A stretch of DNA of 64,000 nucleotides from Myxococcota bacterium (GCA_018817795.1 JAHITJ010000199.1:11682-75681), one strand, 5' to 3'. Counted from the first letter of the stretch, positions 54,451-63,786 are shown. Numbers and translations are program-made. Notes: generated by a model not told the origin, from the letters alone.

Positions 54451-55712
54451 TCGTTTCTCCGGATCAGGACGATCTCCGCCGGGGCCAATTCCAGACGCCC
54501 TGAGGCGGGCTCCCAGGACCAGTGTCCTTCGGCGAGCACCGGCCGGCAGATCTCGCAGTTGTCTATCAACTCGGCCTCGCGCGGCTGCGTCCAGTCCTTG
54601 TTGATGAGCAGGCGGCCCTCCTGGCCATCGATCGTCTTGGACAACAACAACGTCGGCTCCCAGAGCGGCGACAGCGCCATTACACGACCCTCCTCACACA
54701 GGATCGGCCAGGCGCTGGTCATGCGGTTGCAGGCGCGAATGAACGACGAGATGTCGGGGTCGCGCGGCTCCTGGTCGGCCGGCGTGGTGCGCACGGCGTG
54801 GCATGGCTTCTGCCAGCAGTACTCGTAGCCCATGGTCATCTGCAGGGCGCTGGAGAACCAGCACGCGAACAGGTATCGCTGGTACTGCACCGCGGTGAGC
54901 GCCTCGGTCTTGTGGAACAAACGCGGGGTGTCGTGGTTCTCAGGAAACGAGACCGTCGGGGCCACGGACTGCAACAGGTCGTGCTGGTTCAGCGCCCAGT
55001 CGGCATCGAACTGCCACCAGCAGGAGGAGTTGTAGAGGTGATGGAAGCCACATTCATGCAGGGCGCGGACCTTCTCCAGACTCTCTCCGAGGGCATCGGC
55101 GACGAAGAGCACGGGCGCATGCGCACGAACCAGCGCGGCGCGGATGCATGTGCGCCACAGCGGCGCAGGCACCGACGTGGCATGCATGCAGCGGAAGCCT
55201 GAGAAACCAAGGCCTACCCAGAAGTCCACCACGGTCTCGAGGTACTTCCAGAGGTTCAGTCGATCGGGTGAACCGTAGATGTCGTACTCGGCCAGATCGT
55301 CCCACAGGGTCACGTTGCAAGGGTCCAGCGGGTCCGGTCCGAAAGGGTGCACCGGCTCTCCGGACGCTTCCCGCATGAACCAGTCCGGATGAAGCTGCAG
55401 CGCCGGCGCGTCGATGGCGCAGTGCAGCAGATTGAGGTCTGTCATGAAGCGGACGCCGCGCTCGCGGTGCCGCTGCAGAAAGCGCTGCAACTGGCTGATG
55501 CCCGACTCCGTGTCCCCGGAGACCTCGAACTTCGGGTTCAGCCGGAACGGGTCGGCTACCGAATAGATCGAATCTGACGCACCCGGCGCGAAGACACTGT
55601 TGATATAAATCCAGTTGAACCCCAGATCCACCGCATGGTTCACCCATTCTTCCCACTGGTCCAAGTTGCCGGCCAGCGTGGGAAAGATGTTGTAAATCAG
55701 CGTCTTGTGCAT
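54447..55712 (-). CDS. GH13 alpha-amylase-superfamily catalytic core, GlgE (maltosyltransferase)-like, apparently lacking the catalytic nucleophile
   Basis: 421 aa. GVRFMTDLNLLHCAIDAPALQLHPDWF, FWVGLGFSGFRCMHATSVPAPLW, LFVADAL and FPENHDTP are colinear with GlgE regions as I remember them (LDFALQCSPDHPW..HPEWF, FRVDNPHTKP..FW, LFLSEAF). FRVD is replaced by FRCM, and Glu by Asp. Confidence 0.6.
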   Translation of the reverse strand: MHKTLIYNIFPTLAGNLDQWEEWVNHAVDLGFNWIYINSVFAPGASDSIYSVADPFRLNPKFEVSGDTESGISQLQRFLQRHRERGVRFMTDLNLLHCAIDAPALQLHPDWFMREASGEPVHPFGPDPLDPCNVTLWDDLAEYDIYGSPDRLNLWKYLETVVDFWVGLGFSGFRCMHATSVPAPLWRTCIRAALVRAHAPVLFVADALGESLEKVRALHECGFHHLYNSSCWWQFDADWALNQHDLLQSVAPTVSFPENHDTPRLFHKTEALTAVQYQRYLFACWFSSALQMTMGYEYCWQKPCHAVRTTPADQEPRDPDISSFIRACNRMTSAWPILCEEGRVMALSPLWEPTLLLSKTIDGQEGRLLINKDWTQPREAELIDNCEICRPVLAEGHWSWEPASGRLELAPAEIVLIRRNE

Positions 55713-55795
55713 CCGGGTCTCCCGAAGCGCACAGTGTAGTAGATGCCCCCGACGCGCGCAACGCTTTTTTTCGGCGGCTAGGAGCCTGAGAAAGC

Positions 55796-58700
55796 TCAGA
55801 AGGGACCGGCCCAGGAAGGCTCGGACAGGGATGTGCCGGCCGACACTGTGTCGCTACGGCGGCGCACCTCGTAGACGAAGTGATCCAGCGTCTTCTCGTC
55901 GAGAGGCTCCCCGTTGAGCTGCAGCACCACGAAAGGCAGGCCCAGGTCGCGCTGGGCGTGGAAGAACTGTGCCTCGGAAATCTTGTTGGGCATGCACTCC
56001 AGCGGACCCACCGACACGACGCCGTCGATGACGCCATGCCGGTACTCGTGCACGGGGCCGCCCAGCGTGAGCACCGCCTCGCCGAGCAGGTCTGCGCGCA
56101 GGTAGGGCGCGCTCGCCTGCAGTGACTCGACCGCGGTCGTTCGCTGTGGCCACCCGAGTGGTTCGGCGAACACACGGTACAGCCGTGCCGTGATGCTCTT
56201 CTGCAGGAACGTGGACACCGCCCGGGCCCAGAACGCGTCCGGCGTGGAGAAGCGCCCCTTGCGGATCTCGGCCTCGTTGCTGAGGTCGGTGTACTCCAGC
56301 CACTCCCCGAGGGGGGCCAGCCGCGCACGCAGGCCGCGTTTCTCCAGTTTGTCGATCACGAAGTCATTGGAGAACGGATCCAGGCGCACATAGATCTCGC
56401 CGACCACGGCCACCGTGGGGACCTGCTTGTCCGGAGTCATGATCCGGGCGAACTCGGCGGCTGCCTTCTGGCAGATTCCACGCACGCCGAACAGGCCACC
56501 CATGGTTTCCATGAGGCTGTTTCCCAGCGACGGGGCCGGCGTGCCTTCGAGGTGACGTATCATCTCCAACTGAGTGCGGTCAAAGATCTCCTGGGCGGCA
56601 CCCGGGCGCACCTCCACCGGACGCGTGTACAGGAGGGCCTCGGTCAGCATGTCTCCGGCGACGAACGCGGCAAAGGTCTTCAGCGCCAGCCCCTTGGATA
56701 CACCCGCGAAGTAGTCCGAATCCGGCTGCGACACCAGTTTGACACGATCGAGCAGTCCCAGCCGCTTGAGCACCGTCTTGTGCAGCAGGTTGTACATCCC
56801 GAAGCGGCACGGCCCCGAGGCGGTGGGCATGAAGAAGGCGAACCGGTCCTCGTGACGCGCCTCCTGCAGCCGCGCCAGCAGCGAGCCGAGGGTGACCACC
56901 GCCGGCAGGCACTCCTTGCCTGAGGTGTACTTGCGGCCAAGCCGCAGATCGTGGCGGGTCGGCATCGGCAGTGCCTCTGCCTGGAAGCCGTCACCCCGCA
57001 GCGAGGCCGCAGCCAGCTCGGCGTTCTCTCCCATGCGGGGGAACAGCAGGATGTCGCCGCGCCGGCGCGTGTCAGCCAGCGTCAGTGAGTCCAGCTCCAG
57101 CAATCTCAGTTGCTCGCGCGGACGCTCCTGGCTCGGATGCCCCATCTGCCGATCCTGGCTCACGCAATACAAAAAAGCCTCCAGCCGCGTACGCGTTCCG
57201 GCATCACCCGCATGACCATCGGTCTCGATGATCGCGTGGGGTTTTCCCTGCAGGATCGTGCTCGTGAAGTGCAGGGAAAAGGAATCCGGACCGCAGGAGT
57301 AGTTGCTGCAGAACACGGCGTAGTGCCCTGTGTTTCTCCGAACCTCGTGAGCCGCACGCAGGTTCGTCTGGCCGTAACCCCAGTACACCGTCTCGAACAC
57401 CGGCACGTCCTCAGCCACAGGATAGCAGTCCACCGGCACCGCCACCGCGCCCAGGTCGCGCAGCAGCCGCGGCACGTTTGAATTGAGGACGTGATTGAAA
57501 ATCGTGTAGGTCCGTCCCAGCACCACCACCACCGGCCGGTCGTGCTCGCGGGCCCACTCGATGGCGTCGCGTCCAAGCTGCGGCAGGGCCGCATCAAACT
57601 CCAGTTGCGTCGCGCGTGCCGCAGAGAACGCGCGCTCCACGAGCCGGGGATCCGTGATCCCAGCCTCCTGGGCGGCCTCCTCGCATGAGCGGCGGAACAG
57701 GTCCGAGTCCAGGTTCCCTGGCCCCATGTCGATCACCGGCTGCAGGAACCGCACCTTGGGCCGGTCGCAGTACAGCCGTTTCAGCAGGTCTGCGCTGGCT
57801 TGGGCAACCGGGCACACAGTCGAGTGCTCCTCCTGGCCCACCCGCGGCACGTCGCGCAGCATCGGCAGGAAAACGAAGTCGGGCGCCCCGTCGATCATGG
57901 TACCGATCTGGCCCGTGTACATCTGCATCGGTGCGCACATCGGCACGTTGGATTGGGCGATGCCGCGCCTGAGTTGGCCGGCGTCGGCGTCCCCGGGCAC
58001 CTGCAACTTGAAGCCGAGCTCATGGAAATACGTCGCAAAGAAGGGGAACAGCCCCTGCAACAGGAACTCGTGGGTGATCGCCAGCGTTGGACGCGTGATA
58101 CCGGTCGTGGCCGCCCCGTCGAGCCGCCGTACCAGTGCCTCCAGCTCAGCGGCACGTTGAACGAACGGATCGGGGGCCGACGCCGGCAGGGACCGCCGGC
58201 TTGGACTGCGGTCATACAGCGAGCAGGCGCCTCCCCAGAAGAACGGCCGCACGCCGTCATGGAAGCGCACGCGCATCCGGTCGATCCGGCAGCGATTGCC
58301 CGGAGCGCTGCAGCCCTTGGTGCTGGTGCAGACGAACTCCTCGCGGCCCTCCACCGTCGCGTCAAGGCACGACCGCAGCGGCAGGTCCGTGAGCACCCCT
58401 GCGTTGCCGTGCCTGCGGGCCAGAAGCGCGATGCCCAGGGCGCCCATCAGGCCGGGCGCCGGGGGCACGACGACCTCGCGTCCGGTCTGCCGCGACACCG
58501 CCGCGGCCAGGGCCATCGATGAGAACGGCATGCCCTGGCAAAAGATCTTCTTCCCGATGTCGCGGGGCCCCTTCACTCGGTTCATGTAGTTCTGGATCAC
58601 GCTGTCGTAGATACCCGCCACGAGGGCCTCCAGTGGTTCACCGGCGGCCTTGGCCTGCTCGATCACCTCAGCCATGAACACGGAGCAGTGCTGACCCAGT

Positions 58701-60139
58701 GATACCCCGCTGCGGGCGGCCAACGCCAGCTCCGACAGTTCCGCGATGTCCATGTCCGGGAAAAGGCGCAGCCCCTGCTCCTCGATGAACGAGCCGGTGC
58801 CCGCCGAGCAGGCCTCGTTCATGGCCGCGTCCACGATCTCCCGCCCCATCAGGCGGATGTACTTGGCGTCCTGTCCCCCGATCTCGAAGATGGTGTCCAC
58901 CTCCGGATCCACCGCCAGCGCGCCCTCGGCGTGGGCGGCGATCTCGTTGATGATCGTCACTCCGTCGTCTCCGGCGGCCGAGCGGATCAGCGCGCCCACG
59001 ATCTCGCGGCCCGAGCCGGTCACACCCACGCAGGGCACCCGCACGCCGGGTCCGGCGGCCTCGAAGAACCGCCCCAGCAGCCGTTGCGCCGCGCCCACCG
59101 GGTCCCCGCCGGTGCGCACATAAGCGTTCCACAACTGCCGGCCGTCGCCGGCGTCGATCGCGGCGATCTTTGAGCCCGTGGAGCCCATGTCCAGCCCCAG
59201 CACCACCGCCCCGCTCTCGGGCAGGCCCGGCAGCGGCTCCGCGGGCGTCATCTGCACGCGCGCCAGCGACTCCACCAGCGGAGGAACGACCTCGAAGGCG
59301 CGGTGGTTTTCCCCGGAGAACCAATCGTCCAGCAGCGCCGGGGCTGCAAAACCGTCCTCGCTCCCCCTGTCGGCAGCCTCCAGGGCGGCGCCCAGCGCGC
59401 CATAGAACCGGTGTGCGGTCTCGTTCAGCGCCTCCACCCGCATGCCGTGGGTGGAGAAGAACGACTCGAAGTGACGCCTGATGCGCTCACTCTCGCAGAC
59501 CTGACCCGAAAGCACCACCGTCGCCGGCGCAAGGCCGGGCTTGACCAGCACCTCGATGTTCTCCGCCACCGCGTCGAACAGGCCGGCCAGGATCCGTGCC
59601 CGGTCCTCGCCCTTGTTGGCCAGGTGGGTCATGTCCGTCTTGAGAATCACCGGGCAGCGCCCCGAAAGCGGCAGCGCCGTCTCCACCGCCGCGGCCAGTC
59701 GGTCAGCGGCCTCGACCTCGAGCCCGAAGCGGCCCGTCAGTTGTGCAAGGAAGTTGCCTGTACCCTGCGAGCAACGAGTGTTCTCGCGGAAGATCCGGGA
59801 GTTGGCGTCGTGGATCTCCAATACCGAGAAGCCATGGGCGCCAGCGTCGAGCACTGTCGCCCGTCGCAACTGCGGATGCACGTACTGCACTCCGCGCTCC
59901 AGGGCCCGCGGTGCCGGCACCACGGCCAGGGTCATGACACCCGCGCCGCGTCCTGTGACCGCAGCCCCCGCAAACCCGGTCCCATCGCCGAGTTCCCGTA
60001 AAATGATCTCCCGGGGATCCCCTCCGTGGGGGAGGACTGTACTGCCAGTCCATTTCATGCCATCTGACGAAGCCTCAAGAATGGTCAGTTTTACGGTTTC
60101 TGCACCAATATCGATTCCCAAATACTTGTTATTGCTCAT
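55796..60139 (-). CDS. fused CoA-substrate-specific enzyme activase-like protein (2 x BcrAD/BadFG-type ATPase plus 2 x HgdB/DUF2229-like regions)
   Basis: 1447 aa. Two acetate/sugar-kinase-fold ATPase starts (YLGIDIGAETVKLTIL and VLGLDMGSTGSKIAAI), each followed by ...EI.AHA.GA.. The large C-terminal half has Cys-containing dehydratase-like segments. Confidence 0.75.
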   Translation of the reverse strand: MSNNKYLGIDIGAETVKLTILEASSDGMKWTGSTVLPHGGDPREIILRELGDGTGFAGAAVTGRGAGVMTLAVVPAPRALERGVQYVHPQLRRATVLDAGAHGFSVLEIHDANSRIFRENTRCSQGTGNFLAQLTGRFGLEVEAADRLAAAVETALPLSGRCPVILKTDMTHLANKGEDRARILAGLFDAVAENIEVLVKPGLAPATVVLSGQVCESERIRRHFESFFSTHGMRVEALNETAHRFYGALGAALEAADRGSEDGFAAPALLDDWFSGENHRAFEVVPPLVESLARVQMTPAEPLPGLPESGAVVLGLDMGSTGSKIAAIDAGDGRQLWNAYVRTGGDPVGAAQRLLGRFFEAAGPGVRVPCVGVTGSGREIVGALIRSAAGDDGVTIINEIAAHAEGALAVDPEVDTIFEIGGQDAKYIRLMGREIVDAAMNEACSAGTGSFIEEQGLRLFPDMDIAELSELALAARSGVSLGQHCSVFMAEVIEQAKAAGEPLEALVAGIYDSVIQNYMNRVKGPRDIGKKIFCQGMPFSSMALAAAVSRQTGREVVVPPAPGLMGALGIALLARRHGNAGVLTDLPLRSCLDATVEGREEFVCTSTKGCSAPGNRCRIDRMRVRFHDGVRPFFWGGACSLYDRSPSRRSLPASAPDPFVQRAAELEALVRRLDGAATTGITRPTLAITHEFLLQGLFPFFATYFHELGFKLQVPGDADAGQLRRGIAQSNVPMCAPMQMYTGQIGTMIDGAPDFVFLPMLRDVPRVGQEEHSTVCPVAQASADLLKRLYCDRPKVRFLQPVIDMGPGNLDSDLFRRSCEEAAQEAGITDPRLVERAFSAARATQLEFDAALPQLGRDAIEWAREHDRPVVVVLGRTYTIFNHVLNSNVPRLLRDLGAVAVPVDCYPVAEDVPVFETVYWGYGQTNLRAAHEVRRNTGHYAVFCSNYSCGPDSFSLHFTSTILQGKPHAIIETDGHAGDAGTRTRLEAFLYCVSQDRQMGHPSQERPREQLRLLELDSLTLADTRRRGDILLFPRMGENAELAAASLRGDGFQAEALPMPTRHDLRLGRKYTSGKECLPAVVTLGSLLARLQEARHEDRFAFFMPTASGPCRFGMYNLLHKTVLKRLGLLDRVKLVSQPDSDYFAGVSKGLALKTFAAFVAGDMLTEALLYTRPVEVRPGAAQEIFDRTQLEMIRHLEGTPAPSLGNSLMETMGGLFGVRGICQKAAAEFARIMTPDKQVPTVAVVGEIYVRLDPFSNDFVIDKLEKRGLRARLAPLGEWLEYTDLSNEAEIRKGRFSTPDAFWARAVSTFLQKSITARLYRVFAEPLGWPQRTTAVESLQASAPYLRADLLGEAVLTLGGPVHEYRHGVIDGVVSVGPLECMPNKISEAQFFHAQRDLGLPFVVLQLNGEPLDEKTLDHFVYEVRRRSDTVSAGTSLSEPSWAGPF

Positions 60140-60530
60140 GTTTTCTCACCTTAAGGACGGAATAATAAAATTCCTCATACGACTAGACCGATGTATCAGT
60201 CTACTATTTTCCAGCGGTTGTCAATGGGGAAGTTAATTAGAATATAGTGACTCGTCGAGGGCCCATTGGAACGTCGGAGATTTCATTCGAAATCGGGGCA
60301 TCGACGGTGATCTCAACGACACCCATGGAGAACTGTGACATTTCCACGACCGATTCCAACGTTCCGACCAAAGTGTATTGGACCCCCACGTCCGCAGGAG
60401 ATCTCCGATTTCCCGGATTCAGCTTTCATCACGCTCATTATTGTGATAGAGGGGGCTCAGCTGGAAGGTTCCTGCTGCTTATTCGATTATCTGCATCGTT
60501 GGTAACCCGCCGGATTGGACTTTGACCTGA

Positions 60531-62354
60531 ATGAAAACACGCAAGGACGTTAGAAACATCGCCGTGATCGCGCATGTCGACCATGGCAAGACCACGCTCG
60601 TGGACGCGATGCTGCGCCAGAGCGGACTGCTCAACGAAAAGAATGGCATGCTCGACCGCGTCATGGACAACAATGACCTCGAACGCGAGCGCGGCATCAC
60701 GATCCTGGCCAAGAACACCTCGGTGCGCTACGGCAACACCCGGATCAACATCCTGGACACGCCGGGCCACCACGACTTCGGTGGCGAGGTCGAGCGCATG
60801 CTCACCATGGCTGACGCCGTGCTGCTGCTCGTGGACGCCGCCGAAGGCCCGCTGCCCCAGACGCGCTTCGTACTGCAGAAGGCCCTCGAGATGAAGTTGG
60901 TGCCCATCGTCGCGATCAACAAGATCGACCGCAAGGACGCCGAGCCCGAGCGCGTGCTCAATGAAGTGTACGACCTGTTCATCGACCTCGGGGCCGAGGA
61001 GGGCGTGCTGGACTTCCCGGTGCTGTTCACCAACGGCCGTACCGGCGTGGCCCATCGCACCCTCGGAGACGACTCCACCAACCTGATTCCGCTGTTCGAG
61101 GTCATCCTCGAGTTCGTGCCACCGCCGCTGGATCTTCGCGACGAACCGCTCCAACTGCACGTAAACAACATCGGATGGGACGATTACGTCGGCCGCCTGA
61201 TCCTGGGCCGGATCCACTCCGGCAAGATCACCGTCGGCCAAACCGTGTATCTGCACACCGAAACGGGTGCCCCCAAGGCCTCCCGCGTGATGCGCCTGTA
61301 CGGATTCTCCGGACTGACACGCATCGAGATCGACACCGCCCGCGCCGGTGACATCATCAGCCTCGCGGGCATCGAAGAGGTCAACATCGGCGACACCATC
61401 ACCGATGCGCCCGAGACGGCCCCGCTGCCGCGCATCATGGTCGACGAGCCCACGATGTCGATGAACTTCTGCGTCAACACCTCGCCATTTGCGGGCAAGG
61501 AAGGACGTTATGTCACCTCCCGCAACCTGCGCGACCGCCTGTTCCGCGAGGCCAAGGCCAACGTGGCGATCCGCGTCGAGGAGACCGACTCCCCCGACAC
61601 CTATCGCGTGATGGGCCGCGGCGAACTCCAGTTGGGCATCCTCGTCGAGACCATGCGCCGCGAGAGCTATGAACTGATGCTCTCCCGCCCCGAGGTCGTC
61701 ACGCGCCGCGTCGACGGCCAACTGATGGAGCCCCAGGAATATCTCACCGTCGACTGTCCCGCCGAGATGGTCGGCGTCGTCTCCGAGCGCCTCGGTCCCC
61801 GCCGCGGCCGCCTGATGGAGATGGCCCCGGTCGGCGACCGCATGCGCCTGCTGTTCGAGATTCCCACCCGCGGGATCATCGGATTCCAGGGTGAGTTCCT
61901 CACGGAGACCCGCGGCACCGGCATCATGCACACCCACTTCAAGGGCTGGATTCCCTGGCAGGGACCGATCCAGGGCCGCCGCTCCGGCGCGCTGGTGGCC
62001 GACCGCACGGGTCCGACCACCCCCTACGCCCTGTTCCACATGCAGCCCCGCGGCACGCTGTTCGTGCCGGCGCAGTTCAAGGTCTACGAGGGCATGGTCG
62101 TGGGCGAGCACATCCGCGAAAATGACCTCAACGTCAACGTCTGCCGGGAAAAGCACCTGACCAACATCCGCGCCGCAGGCCGCGACGAGAACACCATCCT
62201 GACCCCGCCCCGGATCATGTCGCTGGAGCAGGCCATGGAGTTCATCCGCGACGACGAGATGGTCGAGGTCACGCCGTTGAACATCCGCATCCGCAAGCGC
62301 ACGCTCGCAGCCAACCGCCGTTCCACCCGCCCCGAGTTTGACGATCCCCAGTAG
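60531..62354 (+). CDS. typA: translational GTPase TypA/BipA
   Basis: IRNIAVIAHVDHGKTTLVD (G1), DTPGHHDFGGEVER (G3), NKIDR (G4). Full-length colinear BipA. Confidence 0.93.
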   Translation: MKTRKDVRNIAVIAHVDHGKTTLVDAMLRQSGLLNEKNGMLDRVMDNNDLERERGITILAKNTSVRYGNTRINILDTPGHHDFGGEVERMLTMADAVLLLVDAAEGPLPQTRFVLQKALEMKLVPIVAINKIDRKDAEPERVLNEVYDLFIDLGAEEGVLDFPVLFTNGRTGVAHRTLGDDSTNLIPLFEVILEFVPPPLDLRDEPLQLHVNNIGWDDYVGRLILGRIHSGKITVGQTVYLHTETGAPKASRVMRLYGFSGLTRIEIDTARAGDIISLAGIEEVNIGDTITDAPETAPLPRIMVDEPTMSMNFCVNTSPFAGKEGRYVTSRNLRDRLFREAKANVAIRVEETDSPDTYRVMGRGELQLGILVETMRRESYELMLSRPEVVTRRVDGQLMEPQEYLTVDCPAEMVGVVSERLGPRRGRLMEMAPVGDRMRLLFEIPTRGIIGFQGEFLTETRGTGIMHTHFKGWIPWQGPIQGRRSGALVADRTGPTTPYALFHMQPRGTLFVPAQFKVYEGMVVGEHIRENDLNVNVCREKHLTNIRAAGRDENTILTPPRIMSLEQAMEFIRDDEMVEVTPLNIRIRKRTLAANRRSTRPEFDDPQ

Positions 62355-62368
62355 TTTTCAGCAGGAAA

Positions 62369-63580
62369 TTATCCGTTCCATCCGGCGATGCGCGCCAGCA
62401 GCCACCAAAAAGCTTTTCCCTTCTGATAACAGTTGAAGCAATGACTATGGGCGCAGGAATCGGCACAGTCTGGGCAGGCATCCGGATTCTCCGTCATCCA
62501 TTCCGAGCACCACTCGCAGGCGTCAGTGCCGTCGGGGTAGTATTCGCCGGCCGGGTCCCAGCTCTCGATGTCCTCGAAGTCGAACAGTAGCTTCCCGTTC
62601 TGCAGGCACCAGTCCCGGATCTGGCGGTTGTTCTCCCGCAGCAGGCCGTCGTCGCCGGTACCGTCGAGGTGCCCGGTCATGTAGATGAACGCCACATCAG
62701 GGAACTCCTCCTCGAGCTGGTTCATGGCGTCGAGGTAGATCTGCACGCCCTGCACGGTGTTGGTGGACTGGCCGCCGCACCAGCTCCAGATCACCACGTT
62801 GGTTTCGGGGTGCGCCCCGAGATGGGTCCGCGTGAGCCCCTCCCAGGCCAGGTCGCCCTCGGTTCCCAGATCCCCGTATTCCTCGGTCAGGTTCATCTGG
62901 GAGTGGTCCACCAGCGGGTCCAGCATCCCCATCCCTGTGACCAACTGGCTGCCATGGGACGTGTGACCGAAGTACACGTAAAGGTTGTTGACCACCGTCA
63001 CCAGGGCGTCCTGCGGGATGAGCTCGAACTGGGGGACGACCGTGTGATCGGCCACCCGGTCGATGATCTCTCCGCACTGGGAGGTGTCGAACCGGCAGTC
63101 GTCCCCGCAGGCCAGGACTCCGGGCTCGTAGCCCAGGGTCTCGCAGGTGACGCCGCCGAGGTCGCTGGCCTCGCAGTTCTCTTCGCCCAGGATCAGTCCG
63201 TCGCCGCAGATCGCTGTGCATGTCGTAGGCGGCTCTGTGCAGGTCCATCCTTCCAGTACCTGGCAGTGATCGTCGCAGCCGTCGGATGCATCGAAGTTGC
63301 CGTCATCGCAGGCCTCGGACGGATCGAGCAGGGCATCTCCGCAGCGGTGTCCACAATCGGAGATGTCAAGTTCGCACATCCCTGTGCAGCCCAGCACACC
63401 AGTCACATTGTAATACCCAAGGCTCTCGCAGGAGTTGCCACCAAGATCCGCGCCATCGCATTCCTCCTCCGGATCCAAATTATTGTCGCCACAACTGCTC
63501 TGAACCTTCCCGGCATCGTCGCAGGCGTAAGATAAAAAGATAAAACTGACCATAAACATCCATGTTGCTTGATTTCTCAT
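62369..63580 (-). CDS. lipoprotein with three myxobacterial-type cysteine-rich repeats and an unrecognised C-terminal domain
   Basis: ORF 62369..63589 (GTG start). ATG 63580 sits behind AGGAG with an 8-nt spacer. MRNQATWMFMVSFIFLSYAC lipobox. Repeats CGDNNLDPEEECDG...C, CGDALLDPSEACDDGNFDASDGCDDHC, CGDGLILGEENCE...C. The C-terminal ~230 aa contain FGHTSHGSQL and several Trp/Cys residues. Confidence 0.65.
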   Translation of the reverse strand: MRNQATWMFMVSFIFLSYACDDAGKVQSSCGDNNLDPEEECDGADLGGNSCESLGYYNVTGVLGCTGMCELDISDCGHRCGDALLDPSEACDDGNFDASDGCDDHCQVLEGWTCTEPPTTCTAICGDGLILGEENCEASDLGGVTCETLGYEPGVLACGDDCRFDTSQCGEIIDRVADHTVVPQFELIPQDALVTVVNNLYVYFGHTSHGSQLVTGMGMLDPLVDHSQMNLTEEYGDLGTEGDLAWEGLTRTHLGAHPETNVVIWSWCGGQSTNTVQGVQIYLDAMNQLEEEFPDVAFIYMTGHLDGTGDDGLLRENNRQIRDWCLQNGKLLFDFEDIESWDPAGEYYPDGTDACEWCSEWMTENPDACPDCADSCAHSHCFNCYQKGKAFWWLLARIAGWNG

Positions 63581-63786
63581 GACGGTCACTCCTGTAAAGA
63601 TCTTGGGAATCCGATCCCTGCGGGCCGGGGTTCATCCCGCAGTATAGCGCAGAAAGTAAATATAAAAAGAATCAACTTCAAACATGGATCGACGGCCAGG
63701 AAAGTGGCGCCTGCACCTGACCCGCCTCGGCGGCGCCGGCCTCGCGTTCTGACGCTTCCCTTGATTATCCATTTTCTCTAATTCCC

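Noticed and set aside
60247-60525. 92-aa ORF in the typA upstream spacer
   Set aside because: It has no RBS, a low-complexity and odd composition, and sits in low-GC non-coding-looking DNA. It is retained only as part of the spacer observation.
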